Shown here one piece after another: positions 29,394 to 44,557 of a stretch of 64,000 bases of DNA. Positions within the stretch are counted from its first letter, which is position 1. The number at the start of each line of letters is the position of its first letter. The translations under genes were made by a program, and so were the position numbers. The notes under the pieces were generated by a model that searched no databases, was not told where the DNA came from, and saw only the letters and a program-made list of their open reading frames with translations. Origin of the DNA: Octopus vulgaris (lineage: Eukaryota); assembly GCA_951406725.2 (NCBI GenBank), contig OX597836.1, positions 10,974,001-11,038,000 of the forward strand, read 5' to 3'.

Positions 29394-30185
29394 GGCACAC
29401 ATGCACATACACACGCGTGTGGAGACAAAAAGTGTCCTGTCCTATCATCATAATGCAATGACGCTTTTGTTCGAAAGGAATTATAGTTGGCAGAAAATTT
29501 TTCAATTTACATATCCTAGCAAATAATTTCTAGTTTGTTTGCGTGTCTAGTCATGTTTCGTTTCTGAAATTCAGACAGCGAACACAACAGATCGTTTTTG
29601 TGCGGCACGCGAGCCTCTTCCTCTGTTTAGTGAAACAACACATGAAACCAATTCTAAGCTGTCAGCGCGGAAGCAAATAAACACACACAAGAAAAAAAAA
29701 AAAAAAACTAAAAACAACAGCAACAAGAAACAAACTAAGCAAAAATACAAAAATACAAAATGGCTTCTTCTTCTCCTTCTAGAAAGCAAACGGAGACCAT
29801 TGATTGCAAGATGGCTGGATAGGATTTATAAATAAATGAGTTATTAATAATACACGATATTCAAAAAGAAATATCGATATTACCATTGACTATTGTTGTT
29901 GTTGTTGCTGTTTTTGTTGTTGTTTTCTATTATTTTTGGCACAATCGATCATAAATCAATTTTTAATTCGATCATAATTTGGTTTTTAAATTGAAATAAA
30001 CAATGAAGAGTCATTCATTAAAGCCTTTGTGCGATATGATTTAATTTAATTAAATGTTGTTTTGTTTTTCCTTTTTTTTATATATATGAATTCTTGTTCC
30101 TTTCGTCGAAATCCCATGGGTGTTTTTTTTTCTTTCTATGTTGTATAATCGCGAAAACATTGCATTTCATTTGAAAACGGCAGAG

Positions 30186-30330
<145 letters not shown>

Positions 30331-31043
30331 TATATATATATATATATAATGAAAATCTCCAGAGACTCTTCAAAACTTATTCTTGCGAGAGTTTGAAGAG
30401 AGGAAAAAAAAAGCAAAACAAAATATAAATTAGAGGTCATATGATAAAGAATTACAACGGTTTTCTTTTTAAACTGTAGTGTCATTTGACTTTATAACGT
30501 AATTTCATTAATACCTGAATTCTTAGGAGCTCAATCAAGTTTCTTTTATGTTCGACACGCAATCATCTGGCTTCTCAGAACAACCATTCGGTCTAATACT
30601 GTTTTGATTTGCTCTTATTATATAATTATCTCTTCTAAAATTAAATTTAATTCTACTGATAGTGGTGGTGGTAGTGGCGGTGATGGTAAATTTTTTAAAA
30701 AAGCCATTGACTAGATGGGATATAATGGAAGAATTTTTTCCTCATAGAAGGCATCACAGCGCTGTATGAGTTGATGAAGCATGTCACCAATCATTACCAT
30801 ATGCAGAAATGCGAAGATATCAACTCAGCATAATTGTATTTTCACAGAAGACTCATTACTGCGAAAAAGATATCGGGTTGGTAGAAGTAAGTAGTAGACC
30901 ACTAATATATGAAGCTGATATCAAGCCGCTAGAAATCGGTAAATATTGGACAAAGTATAATATAGTCAAGCTAGTACAAGTGGAAATAATCCACCACAAG
31001 TTCATACCAACATGGCAGAGGCGGTAGAATGATGATCTGAAAA

Positions 31044-31563
31044 GGCGGCGAGCTGGCAGAAAAGTTAGCACGCCGGGCGAAATGCGTAGCCGTATTTTGT
31101 CTGCCGTTACGTTCTGAGTTCAAATTCCGCCGAGGTCGACTTTGCCTTTCATCCTTTCGGGGGTCGATAAATTAAGTACCAGTTACACACTGGGGTCGAT
31201 ATAATCGACTCAATCGGTTTGTCTGTCCTTATTTGTCCTCTCTGTGTTTAGCCCCCTTGTGGGTAGATAAATTAAGTACCAGTTACACACTGGGGTCGAT
31301 ATAATCGACTTAATCCGTTTGTCTGTCCTTGTTTGTCCTCTCTGTGTTTAGCCCCTTGTGGGTAGTAAAGAAATAGGTATTTCGTCTGCGTTACGTTGTG
31401 AGTTCAACTTCCGCCGAGGTCGACTTTCATCCTTTCGGGGTCGATAAATTAAGTACCAGTTACACACTGGGGTCGATATGATCGACTTAATCCGTTTGTC
31501 TGTCCTTGTTTGTCCTCTCTGTGTTTAGCCCCCTTGTGGGTAGTAAAGAAATAGGTATTTTGT
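31044..31563 (+). mobile_element. SINE family B tandem multimer
   Basis: One full unit, then restarts at about 31266, 31376 and 31554. Confidence 0.85.
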
Positions 31564-32755
31564 CGATAACCAATTAATAGCAGTTTATGTGTTTTTTAAA
31601 CTAAAGTCACCTCTTAATCGCGCAGATCAGTGATTAAAGGCGTTCCAATCATGACTGTCCCTTTCGTAATTCTGTGATTATACCGACCAGAACTGGACTA
31701 AAGAATGAGTACTTCAATTTTCTTTTGGCAAACGGTGAGAATCATTTGAAAACAAGAATTAACAGCTATTTCTAGCATAGAGGTTTACCTCCTCGGCCTC
31801 CGTAACTATCACATACATTTTATTAAGCCATAGAATACCTAGGATTCCGTTATTTAATGCGTTCTTCTAATTTATAGGACGGCAGAGAGTAATTTGAGGG
31901 AGATTTATACGCTACTTCTAGTAGTCAGGGAGACTTCGTAAAGCTCCCTTGGCAACTGTAACAAGTAGCAGTATGTTGTTATGAGTTGTAACATTTTCCC
32001 CTCCAAATAATAACATCGTACTTGATCAAAATATAAAGAGAGATTCCCTTGGCATTTTCAGCAATAATTTTTAACTGTCCACGACAGCCATTTACAATTA
32101 GAAAGCTGTGTTATTCGTGATTTGAATATGTTAACCATGGACTCCGCACACTGGACAACAATAGAAATAGTCATATCTGGGGAGCAAGATCAAGTTTCTT
32201 AACGACTCTTCTAGCAGGGGGTGAATTGCTATTTTTACCATCCAAGTATAAAAGCAATGTCTCGTATGGAACTTCTACCGAACATTATACCTCATTATCA
32301 CACTATAATTATATATAATGTAGTAAGAATGAAGATTCAATTGAGACTCAAAAGAAAAGATGTGAATTATAATCCTTTATAAGATTAGTTTTCCATCTTC
32401 CGACATATTGAACAATATGATATTGAAGAAGCTACGTGAACGAATCTTTTTCCATTCTTATTCAAGATACAGGAAGCCTCAATTATAGAACATCAGAATA
32501 GAATATAGAGTTTAGAGTTACTGTCAGCTACAAAACGAAACGGCTTCCTATAATATTGATCATTCACCATTAGCAATTGAACAGTAAATCTTTAGAGATG
32601 TATGATATGGTAATACATGTCAAGATTTGACAGTTTCGCTTTGAGACCGTTGATACTTGGGACCCGTCGAAATCTATTACAACACGTCCGCGCAGATATA
32701 ACAGATGCGTAGCAATAATGCATATCTGTGCGTATGTGTATGTATGTATGTATGT

Positions 32756-32841
<86 letters not shown>

Positions 32842-32938
32842 GCATATATTTTAACACGTACACTTACATATATATATATACATATATGCATAAACATATT
32901 CTCATACATATATGAATATATATATACATACATACATG

Positions 32939-32972
<34 letters not shown>

Positions 32973-33046
32973 TATATGCATATACATACATATATACATA
33001 TAGGCATTATTATATATACATATACATATATATATATACATACCTA

Positions 33047-33108
<62 letters not shown>

Positions 33109-33329
33109 TCATTGCAGTTTAGGCACAAGACCACGAGATTTGAGGAGGTACATGCATACATACATATATATTTATGTATATATGTATATATATATATGCA
33201 TATATACACACACATACATATACATACGTATATTCGTTTCTCTCTCTCTCTCTGTATAAATATATATATATATATATATTCATGCAAATACACATAAATA
33301 TCCATATATATACATGTATATATATTTAT

Positions 33330-33534
<205 letters not shown>

Positions 33535-33651
33535 ATATGGATATGACTCTAAATCGCATCTGGCACCGCTGTTCTCTTAAGGGAGTTAAACGGTTTTGAG
33601 TAGTTATCGACCCCTAAATATGGTCAGACCATCCTTCTAGAAAAGGGACGC

Positions 33652-33684
<33 letters not shown>

Positions 33685-34069
33685 ACCTGCAGTTTCACGG
33701 GATTGTTAGTCATGTTGCACCATGTGTGTCATTGGACATTCACTATGGAGACTCTGTGGTACTTGTGATGTACAACAAGCATTTGTCACTCTAGTCCAAT
33801 GACGCACAGATGTCTCTTTGTGCTGACGTCATACGTCATTTCCTATACTGAATGACCTACGTTGGTGGAAGAGCGGCAATATGTGCAGAATTGACCAGTT
33901 GGAAGTGCACAGTAACTTTGGTCGGTCACCTATGCTCCAAACCAGGCAGATTCTGCAACGTGACTGAATAGTCATCTGAAGGGTCGTGGCTGGAAAGTCA
34001 GAAGTGGTATTGTCAACGAGGAAGCACAAAGAGACCACAATCATCACTGGAGATGGGGAGAACACCATT

Positions 34070-34136
<67 letters not shown>

Positions 34137-34147
34137 GTATATATATG

Positions 34148-34202
<55 letters not shown>

Positions 34203-34243
34203 GTATATATATATGTATATATGTATATACGTATATATGTATA

Positions 34244-34296
<53 letters not shown>

Positions 34297-34334
34297 GGTG
34301 TTCTCTCCATCTCCAGTGATGATTGTGGTCTCTT

Positions 34335-34542
34335 TGTGACCTCGTGTGTACCGTTAGCGATTTTTTTCCCTCTGTCTTCCCTTCTCGGGATCTTTGCTTC
34401 TCCTATGTTTCCGACGAAGAGCTCCGCTCGAAACGTTAAACCCTCCTTCTTCCCTTCTTTCCTGAGCGTCCAATAATACTATATTTGTTCCACGTCCTCG
34501 CGTTGTTGTGTTTTTTTTGTGTTTTCTTGTTTGGATTAACTT

Positions 34543-34543
<1 letters not shown>
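34335..34543 (+). mobile_element. PLE-like family P2 copy, hammerhead-like motif at 34407-34441
   Basis: Reverse complement of 11605-11816. The 3' end GGATTAACTTT abuts (TA)n. Confidence 0.6.
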
Positions 34544-34585
<42 letters not shown>

Positions 34586-34754
34586 CTGTGTGTTCTTATA
34601 CGTTTTTATCATATCTCTTATATGTGAACGCATCTATGTAAATTGTATACTATGGAGAATATTGATAATTTGAAATGGATTGAATGAATATACACCGATC
34701 TTTGAAATTTGTTTCTTTCCTTCTTAATCTTATATATATGTAAATATACGCACA

Positions 34755-34972
34755 TACACGTGTACCTTTAGCGTAGTTCTCAGGGAGATTCAGAGTGTGA
34801 CAAGGCCGGCCCTTTGAAATACAGGTATAACTCATTTTTGCCAGCTGTGTGGACTTGGAGCAACGTGAAATAAAGTGTCTTGCTCAAGGACACAACGCGT
34901 CGCCGGGAATTGAACTCACGACCTTACAATAGTGAGCCGAAAGCCCCTAACCACTAAGCCACGCGCCTTCAC
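34755..34972 (-). mobile_element. SINE family C, tail type 3 (partial)
   Basis: Reverse complement of about 53740-53960. Confidence 0.8.
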
Positions 34973-35361
34973 CAACAATAATTATAATGCCATAATGAAA
35001 GCGATTAAAAATATGGTGGCGCTGGTAATTATGAATGGTAGAAGATATAATGGACGGAGTAATGATTATAAATGGGGAAATGATTATGAATAGGATAGTA
35101 ATTAAATATATCTAATTACTATAAAATGGACACCAAGAATCGAAATAACGTCAATTGAAATTGTGTGAAAGGGTTTCAACTGGTGATATTTATATCGATA
35201 AACCGTTAGAATTAAGTTTTACAAATATATCAGTGTTCGTACCAAACATTAGCTTTCAGTGTTGTATTCATGTGTTAATCGGGATCTTTGCTGCAGCGCA
35301 CAAAACGAACGCATGCGAAACAGATTTAACATATTTCTCCTTTAAAATTAAAACGACTAAG

Positions 35362-35432
<71 letters not shown>

Positions 35433-35436
<4 letters not shown>

Positions 35437-35609
35437 TAGTTTTATATTTATAACGCGCTTTCACTTCATGACCGAGCGCAGCTCTGTGTGCATTGGGTAC
35501 GTGCTGTGGTTTGGTTTGATGCTGTTATGGTTACTATATTGAAAGTGTTTTGCGTAGGATGTGTGCAGCGCCCAGTAGTACAATTTTCTGTGTTATATAT
35601 ATTTGTATA

Positions 35610-35612
<3 letters not shown>
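35433..35612 (-). mobile_element. R4/Dong-clade 3' end inside a (TAA)n array
   Basis: Minus strand ..QKIVLLGAAHILRKTLSI*, then a short 3'UTR running into (TAA)n. Confidence 0.7.
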
Positions 35613-35670
<58 letters not shown>

Positions 35671-35803
35671 GAGTGAGTGAGAGAACAGTGCATGCCATCA
35701 AAGCGACACTGGGATAAAATATACGAAGCCCAGTATACCCATTTAGACTACCCGTCTGATAAGGGTACTCTAGGCACATGCATCACAATCATATGTGCGC
35801 GAC
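35671..35803 (-). mobile_element. Second copy of the (TAA)n-abutting repeat end
   Basis: Matches 12861-12970. Confidence 0.55.
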
Positions 35804-36611
35804 AGGTCGGCTTTTAAGTTAGCTCCTGTGGAGGGCTCTTCATTGGGCATTGGGCCCAACAATAACACTTCAGGCACATATTAAATTTTTTTAAACGTGA
35901 ACAATAGTTTTCAAGCAATTAACCTATTTCATCAAAATAATGATAAAATTTGAGGGTTGGAACTTATTGCAAAGCTGCATGATAAACATATTTTGTCTTC
36001 CCATTCGGGGTCAGTACAGATAGATTGTTTCTATTCTCTACCTTTGAACAACCAACATATACATGGCCGTAGGCAACAATAAACTTAACTTTAAAAGTTC
36101 ATCGATAATTTTTTTCCGCCGCCACTTAACTTACAGACTAATTGATATACGTTGGGCCTTACTTTTCGTAAAAACAATTATTTGTAGTAGCTGGACGTAT
36201 CTAAACTCCTGTTCTTCGTTCGAAAGAAAATTACACCACTATCGCTAAACACTATTTTAAAGTACGATTTTTCGAGTTTGGAATTGTTCTAAACGTATCT
36301 GAACATAATGATGTTTGAAATTTAGTATACTTTTAGTGTTTTTAAGGTAATAATGAAATTAGTCGAATCTATTTTCATGCAGTCGGATGCGTTAAGTTTC
36401 CATAAATCCGACGGCCGATGGCATGAAAATAAGTCCGACAAATTTTATCAATATCTGAAAGAATTCTAGGTTTCCAACATTCTTATGGTAGAGCGTTATG
36501 AGAAGTAATATTGTATGAGAAAGTGAGTTGAAGACTTATTTCTGTTCCGAACGTTATGAAACACATGTTTTGGTTAAATTACTTGATACAGTTATAATAG
36601 TGTTTATTTTA

Positions 36612-36993
36612 ATAGACCTTAATTCTCTAGAAAAACGACGACGCCGTGGTGATCTCATTCTTGCTCACAACATCATAAGCGGAAAGTGTATACTCTCGAA
36701 AGAGCTGTTCTTCACTCCTGCTCCAGAGTGTCGGCTGCGGGGTCATTCCGAAAAGCTCTATCTGCGACGATTTCATCTCAATCGAAGGAGAGGGGTTTTC
36801 TCCGTCTGGGTTGCGGATCCGTGGAATAAGCTGCCGGACGAGATAGTGAAGATGCCGACGACCGCTCGGTTCAAAGTCTCTCTTGACCAGAAATGGCTTG
36901 AAATCTTTGCATGAACACCCTCCTTGTACATAACTCCATGTCCCCCTACATGGCCTTGCTTTCTGCTTTTTGAGCCAAAACATTAACTTAACT
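36612..36993 (+). mobile_element. CR1-clade LINE 3' end (RT C-terminal region plus 3'UTR)
   Basis: LNSLEKRRRRGDLI..LRGHSEKL..RRGVFSVWVADPWNKLP..FKVSLD, the classic CR1/L2 C-terminal motif. Short TAACT tandem tail. Confidence 0.9.
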
Positions 36994-37300
36994 TTTGGAA
37001 ATACTTATAATATTTAGAGAAAAAGTTTGGTCTAAATATGAGTGCTATGCGTCTTTCGTACGTGTTTCGGCAACGCGAAAAAGAATGACCTTGCCTAGGT
37101 CGTCATGAGTCACATGATAGCGGGAGGAGAGTAACAGAGGAAGAGAGAGAAAGGAAATTACGTAAGGGGCACGCGCGTCTGTGGTGTGCTCAGCCACTTG
37201 CACGTTAATCTCACGAGCAAGCTGTTCCCACGTCGACGTAACGACAGGGCGCCAGTATATTTATATATACATGCATATATGTAGGTATGTATGCATTTGA

Positions 37301-37361
<61 letters not shown>

Positions 37362-37586
37362 GAGAGACAGAGAGAGAGAGAGAGAGATAGAGAGATTATT
37401 TGCAGACATAAATAGATCAATAAATATATTGAGAGAACAACACAAAAAACAAAAATTGCTGAAAATAAGAGATAGTCACATACACAGGCATTTATCAAGG
37501 CATACTCTTAAATATAGAAATATAGATATTTACTATTCAATAATTTATACGCACCACAACCGCATACACGTGTGCGTATATATATG

Positions 37587-37632
<46 letters not shown>

Positions 37633-37843
37633 TATGTATGTATCTGTATCTATATATATATATATTTGTATGTACATATGTATCTATATATGCGTGTATA
37701 TGTTTATACATATGTAAATACACACACACATATACATGCGTATATACATTTTTCATATATTCATACTCCACACACACAGGCAGACACTCATATACATCTG
37801 TATAATACATATTTAATATCTGTTATGAATATCACAATATATG

Positions 37844-37894
<51 letters not shown>

Positions 37895-38353
37895 ATGTGT
37901 GTGTGTGTGCGTTTGTGTGTCTCTGTCTGTGTGTATGTGTGTTGGTGTGTGTATATGTATATATATATATGTGTGTGTATGTGTGAAATATAGATATATG
38001 CAAACAGGGGATGGGAAATTGATTGAGCAATGAATTATAGATAGATATATTTTGATGTAGTGTGAGATAAATATTTAGACAAAGTCAACGGCAGATAGTA
38101 GGGCTAGAGCAGCCGTACAGCCGGTGAAATGGAGTGTTATATACAGATTAAGAGATAAATATATAATCAGATAGATGGCGAAAATTGATTAATGTACAGA
38201 AATTTGATAGCGAGTTAGATTTATAGAAAGAAATAGAAACAAAAGTTATGCAAACGGAAATACGAGTAATATGAATACAGAAAGCGAATATACGTAACTT
38301 GCAAACAAAGATGGCGCAATCGAAACGATTTGTAAGTGGCTAGGCACGCCATT

Positions 38354-38810
38354 TTGTGTTAGTCATTTGTTTTTTCTTTCCCAATGCCAGTGGTTTTAGA
38401 GGGAGGATTAGTCGATTATATAGGCCTCAGTACTTGGCCAATACGCTATTTTACCGCTCCCAAAACAATGGAAGACAAATCTCATCTCGGCGGCATTTGA
38501 ACTCAGAAATGTAAAAACCAGGAAGAAATCTCGCTACGCATTATGTCTGACTTGCTAACATTTCTGCTGACCCGTCACCAGATCTTGTGTTAGTCATTTG
38601 GCTTTTCTTTCACGAGGCCAGTGATTTTAGAGGGAGGGTTAGTCGATAACATCAGACTCAGTACTAGGCCAATACCCTATTTTACCGCTCCCAATGGAAG
38701 ACACATCTGATCTCGGCGACATTTGAATTCAGAAATGAAAAAAAAAAAACAGGAAGAAATGTCGCTAAGCATTATGTCTTACTTGCTAACATTTCTGCTA
38801 ACCCGTCGCC
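38354..38810. repeat. Tandem duplication, about 231-bp unit containing a diverged family B SINE (minus strand)
   Basis: TTGTGTTAGTCATTTG at 38354 and 38585. CTATTTTACCGCTCCCAA and CTTGCTAACATTTCTGCT each occur twice. Confidence 0.85.
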
Positions 38811-39019
38811 CTCATATTTCTGAACAACAGTTACGAAATATAGCACAGGAGAAAAAGTTTCGCGATAATCGACCCTAGTGCTTGACTGGTACTTATTTAA
38901 TCGCTCCCGAAAGGATGAAAGGCAAAGTTTGGTTTGGTGGCGTTTGAAATCAGAAGGTGACGAGCTGGAAAATAAAAGCGTTAGGGATTTTGTCCGAATT
39001 GCAAAGAATTATCTTATCT

Positions 39020-39212
39020 TCTATCTTTTACTTGTGTCAGTCATTCGGTTGCGGCCATGCTAGAGCACCGCCTTGGTGGATATTTAGTCGAATGAATCAA
39101 CCTTCGTATCTATATATTTAAAACCTGGTACTTATTCTATCGGCCACTGTTGCCAAATCGATAAATTACGGGTATGTAGACACACCAGTAACAGTTGTCA
39201 AGAGGTGGGAGG

Positions 39213-39268
<56 letters not shown>

Positions 39269-39445
39269 CACATACACACACACATATATATATTCCTTCA
39301 GTTTCCGTCTATTAAATCCACTCACAAGGCTTTGATTGACCCAAGGCTAAAGCAAAAGACGCTTGTCCCATGTTACTACGCGGTGGGACTGAACTCAGAA
39401 CCATGTTGTTGGGAGGCAAACTTCTTACCACACAGCCACTCCTGT
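39020..39445 (-). mobile_element. SINE family A, diverged
   Basis: Recognisable head (CTTACCACACAGCCACTCCTG) and tail. Confidence 0.7.
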
Positions 39446-39605
39446 ACCTGTTTGTGTAAACATCTTTTTTTGGGGGGTTGATTCTGAACCTATTCTTTCA
39501 TTCTTTTACTTGTTTCAGTCAGTTGACTGTGGCCATACTGGAGCTCCGCCTTTAGTGGAACACATCTACTCCACGACTTATTCTTCGTAAGCCTAGGAAT
39601 TATGC

Positions 39606-39640
<35 letters not shown>

Positions 39641-39748
39641 CTGTGTGTTTGTGTCTGTGTTTGTCCCCCACCATCGCCTCACATCCGATGCTGCAGCATG
39701 GCCACAGTGAAGTGACTGAAACAAATAAAAGACTAAAAGAATACACAG

Positions 39749-39781
<33 letters not shown>

Positions 39782-39971
39782 TATTTATATATTTATTTAC
39801 AGACGCAAACACGCTCACACACAAACATGTACATATGCACACATAATACATATATACATACATACATACATGTATACATACATACATGGACACATATATA
39901 CATGCACACGCACACACAAACATATATATATATATATATATATACATATATACATATATATATCTATACAT

Positions 39972-40010
<39 letters not shown>

Positions 40011-40058
40011 CACCCATGCATATATGCACACGCACATAATTACATGCATACATACATA

Positions 40059-40123
<65 letters not shown>

Positions 40124-41175
40124 GTATATATATATATCTATATATATATGTATGTATGTATTATGTATGTGTGTGTGTATTTAGGTAAGTATTGATGTCC
40201 GGCACTTATGCAATCATAAGGCAGCTCGTTGTTCACTTTCGCTATTTTCTATTTTTTTTCTTCTTCTTATTCTTCTTCTTTGTTCAGTTCGCTACAAACA
40301 TACCGACTCGACTCGCATACATTTAATTCACTTTGCAGACAAGTGTTCCGCAGCTATTTCAAATCTCACAGAGAAACACTTTTCTTTCTCCAAACCAAAT
40401 TTAGCAGCACCGATCTATATAATACCGAAAACGGATATACCAATCAGTGTCGCTTCCTTGGGTTGGAAGGCGTGGGTGAGTTCGGTAACAGAATTTACTA
40501 ATAGCAAAGTCTGCTAGCATAGCAACAAAGCTAATTGTTGCAATGATATTAGAAAGTAGCACAGATGCTAATTCCAGCAATAGATTTTTACCGATTCAAA
40601 GACCTTTACTGGTATCGGAATCAGAACCTCTGTGTAATCTTCTGTGAAATGTAGTATTTTAGAAAAATGTCTAAAGTCAGTTTTGTGTTAAAGGAAAAAG
40701 TTTAGGTTAATAAATGGACGGTTACTTAGAGCAACGAAAACACGTTAGTCAAAGTTTATTTCTGGACTGATTAACACACACCGCTAAATCCATGCAACAC
40801 AAAATGTCTCTCTCTCTCATCTTTAACTATTTCTCTCTAAGTCTGTAGTTCTATTATATTTCTATTTCCGTTCTTCTCTTAGTATCTATATCCTTCCAAT
40901 CGTCAATCAGTCCGGCTAAGCTATCCATCAACTTCCATGTGTATCGTTCTTTCTTTCTTTCTTTCTTTCTTTCTTTGAAAGAACGTAAGAACAAAAGCAA
41001 GACACACGCATATACTTGCATACATACATTCGTATATACACACATCCATGCATTTACCCATACGTATACATACACATTATATATCTATTTATCTATCTAT
41101 CCACCTATCAGTCAGTCTGTCTTTCAGTCTGTCTGCCTATCTGTCTGTCTGTCTGTCTGTCTGTTCGTCCGACTG

Positions 41176-41250
<75 letters not shown>

Positions 41251-41271
41251 GTAACCACTAAGCCACGCGTC

Positions 41272-41343
<72 letters not shown>

Positions 41344-41347
<4 letters not shown>

Positions 41348-41650
41348 AGGCGCTATGGCCTAGCGGTTAGGGCAGCGGACTCGCGGTCTCAGGATCGCGG
41401 TTTCGATTCCCAGACCGGGCGTTGTGTGTGTTTATTGAGCGAAAACATCTAAAAGCTCCACGATGCTCCGGCAGGGAGTGGTGATCCCTGCTGTACTCTT
41501 TCACCACTCTTTCTCCCACTCTTTCTTCTGTTGGCCTGCTCGCTTAGCCAGCGGGGTGGCGTCATTCGAAAGCAAAAACAATGCGAACGCATTGTGACCA
41601 GCGATGTGTAACAACATCTGATGGTCTGGTCGGTCACGTGATCGCGTGAT
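41344..41650 (+). mobile_element. SINE family D, full length, tRNA(Arg)-like head
   Basis: A box TGGCCTAGCGG, anticodon-like arm GACTCGCGGTC, B box GTTTCGATTCC. Body shared with 8540. Confidence 0.8.
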
Positions 41651-43589
41651 ATATATATATATATATATTCGCGCGCGTGTGTGTATTTAACTAGACTAAT
41701 TGGATAGGGTGTTGCTGAGTCTGAAGAAAAGTCCCCGTATACCGAGTGTATAACCCCGAGACCGAGAGTATAACAATCAGTTTTTGAAAAAAAGAAAACA
41801 GTGAACTGGTGTCTATTTATTTCAACTCAAATCCTCCAGGGTTGTGCCCCAGTATGGCCGTACTCCCACGACAGAATCAAATAAATGATCAAAGACAAAA
41901 GAGAGAAGAAACATATATTTAAGTCTATCATATCATCAAGGTGTAAATTTGCTGACTCCGTGTATTTATTCTGCTGTAATTTCAAGATGGCTGAAGCTGT
42001 GTACAGGTGCGAGAAGGAATTAAATCAAATGAGAAACAGCTTAAATTCGATAATATGACACGAATTACATTTTCTGTCGTTCTCAAGTTAATTTCCTTTT
42101 TCTCTGTTCTCTTTGATGGAATATTCAGGTTTAAAAAGCGGAAGTTCTATAAGCGGTGGCTGATAAGGATGCGCTGTCAACACCTGCTGTAAATTTCGAT
42201 TTATATATAAGTAAGGCGTTTGAAAATGAATTTAATCACAAACTAGGGACCAGATAGCTGAAACTAGAAATTTAACATGTTCTCGATTGACGAGAGACAA
42301 AATGGGGATTCTTGCGAATTCATTCACACAGTATATTTATTTATATGATACACTTGTCTCTAAACAACCATTCCTGGTGTTCAACCGTGTGTTGAAACAG
42401 ATATTGTGTTTCGGGATGGTATGCCAAATAAACATACGCACTATATATTCGTTCTGCACTCGTTTATTACTGTTCTTATTCTAACTCATGTCCATTGTCC
42501 AGAAATCTTTCGTCACACATCTGTGACCTCTTCAGTCACACTTTCAGTCTTCGTGTATGCTCTTTCTCCGCTCATTCCGTTTTATCTTCTATGATGTGTA
42601 TCCTTATATACGCCTGCGTTTGCGTCTGCACTTGTGTGTATGTGTGTGTGTGTCATTGTTTTTTGTAGCACTATGATCCACATCTCGGCCCCATCTCCTC
42701 CCCTCAGCCCCGTCCTCTCCACTGAGCCCCGTCCCTTCCGTGTACGTATGCCTATATATTCATAGATGTTTGTACATGCGTCATGTAACTTAAGCGAAGG
42801 CGTTTATACATCAATATCTGTTAAAGGTTGTATTTAGTACTTTTCTTGCTGTATTGTGTATTTGTTACATCTTGCATCTGCTATTTGTTATTCATCTTAT
42901 ATAAAAATGAAGCTGCATCATTTAATTTACTGATTTCTATACACAAACGGAGAATATATCTTAAAGAACAGTCGTAATTTTCACACGACACATCTGTACC
43001 GTGAGATAGTCCTAAACCAGTTGTTAAATATCGCACCCGTGAAGAATGAATGCTAGATGGATCGAAACAATTGTAGTGGCTAATAAACATTCTAATATCT
43101 TCCATTATCTCTCATTATCAAGTGAAAACGTGATCGGCCAGGCCACCAGATGTTCATATATATCGCTGATCATGATGCGCTCATCGCGGTTTTCGCTTTC
43201 GAATGGTGCCAACCCGGTGGCTCCACGAGCAAGCCAATATATATGCATCCCCCAACACACATACATACACACACACACACATTGCTTTCAAAGTTTGACT
43301 CAAGGTCAGTAATTTCAAGGGTGGGTTAAGTCGTTTACAATGATTTTGTTGCTCACGGTGCTAAACTGATATTTCTTTATACCAATGGCTGAAAGGTAAA
43401 GTCGACCTCGGCGGAATTTGATCCCAGAACGAAAAGACGAACCAAATTCCGGTGAGCACATTGCTTAGCATGCTAACGAAGTCTCCCACTTCGCTTATAT
43501 GGCTGAGACCATAGCGGATCTTCTTCTAGCATAAGGGCTTCCACATAGTGGTTAAAAAAATTCCCCCTTATATTTATGTATGAAATACT

Positions 43590-43850
43590 ATATATGTATA
43601 TATATGTGTATGTATGTATGTGTGTATGTATGTGTGTGTATATGTTTGTGTGCCTGTGTTTGACCGCCCAACATCGCTTGACCACCGATGGTGCTGTGTT
43701 TACGTCCCCGTAACTTAGCGATTGTGCAAAAGAGATCCGATAGAATAAGTACTAGGCTTTGAAAGAATAAGTCGTGGGGTCGATTTGCTCGACTAAAGGC
43801 GGTGCTCCAGCATGGCCGCAGTCAAATGACTGAAACAAGTAAAAGAGAAA
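43590..43850 (+). mobile_element. SINE family A, 3' half
   Basis: Matches about 520-725. Confidence 0.8.
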
Positions 43851-43922
<72 letters not shown>

Positions 43923-44380
43923 TTCAGTAACTGTTCTTTCGTTACAAACACCCATATATTTACATAACTGTTAGCAGTTTTACATTAAAATCATTTCTGT
44001 GTTTCACTCGACGAAAATAAATTAAGACGTTCTCCGTCAAGTACACGTAGATCTTATCGTCTTTAGAATAAATCGCTAACGATTTATTCTCAGCTGTAAC
44101 AATTTATGAGGTTTTCCACAGCCTAAATGGTATTTTCTAACGCCGTTGAATATAAAATTCTTCGTTACGTTATTTGCTCGTTCCGGCCTGGATGAAATGA
44201 AATACTTTGAAAACGTTTGTTGAGTTTAAGATTTAGTGTTAATTTTTCACTGGAGACATACGTCGCAATCTCGAATTATTTAACGGTTGTGTTTCTAAGT
44301 TTTCGTTCAGGATATCCGTAATTTTCAGTTGATTAAGAGGAATTACGAATATCCTGTCGAGTTTGTGACTATTTTATGGC

Positions 44381-44382
44381 TC

Positions 44383-44470
<88 letters not shown>

Positions 44471-44471
44471 G

Positions 44472-44557
<86 letters not shown>

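Noticed and set aside
30809-31040. 72-aa ORF faintly like an RTE C-terminus (SRPLIYEAD..)
   Set aside because: Similarity is too weak to call without a search.
31150-31560. Regularly repeated units resembling a CRISPR array
   Set aside because: The intervening sequences are themselves repeated SINE sequence. The context is eukaryotic and no cas genes are present.
41344-41420. tRNA-like sequences (also at 358, 1732, 53738)
   Set aside because: They continue into multicopy SINE bodies and lack a clean acceptor stem and terminator, so they are SINE heads rather than tRNA genes.
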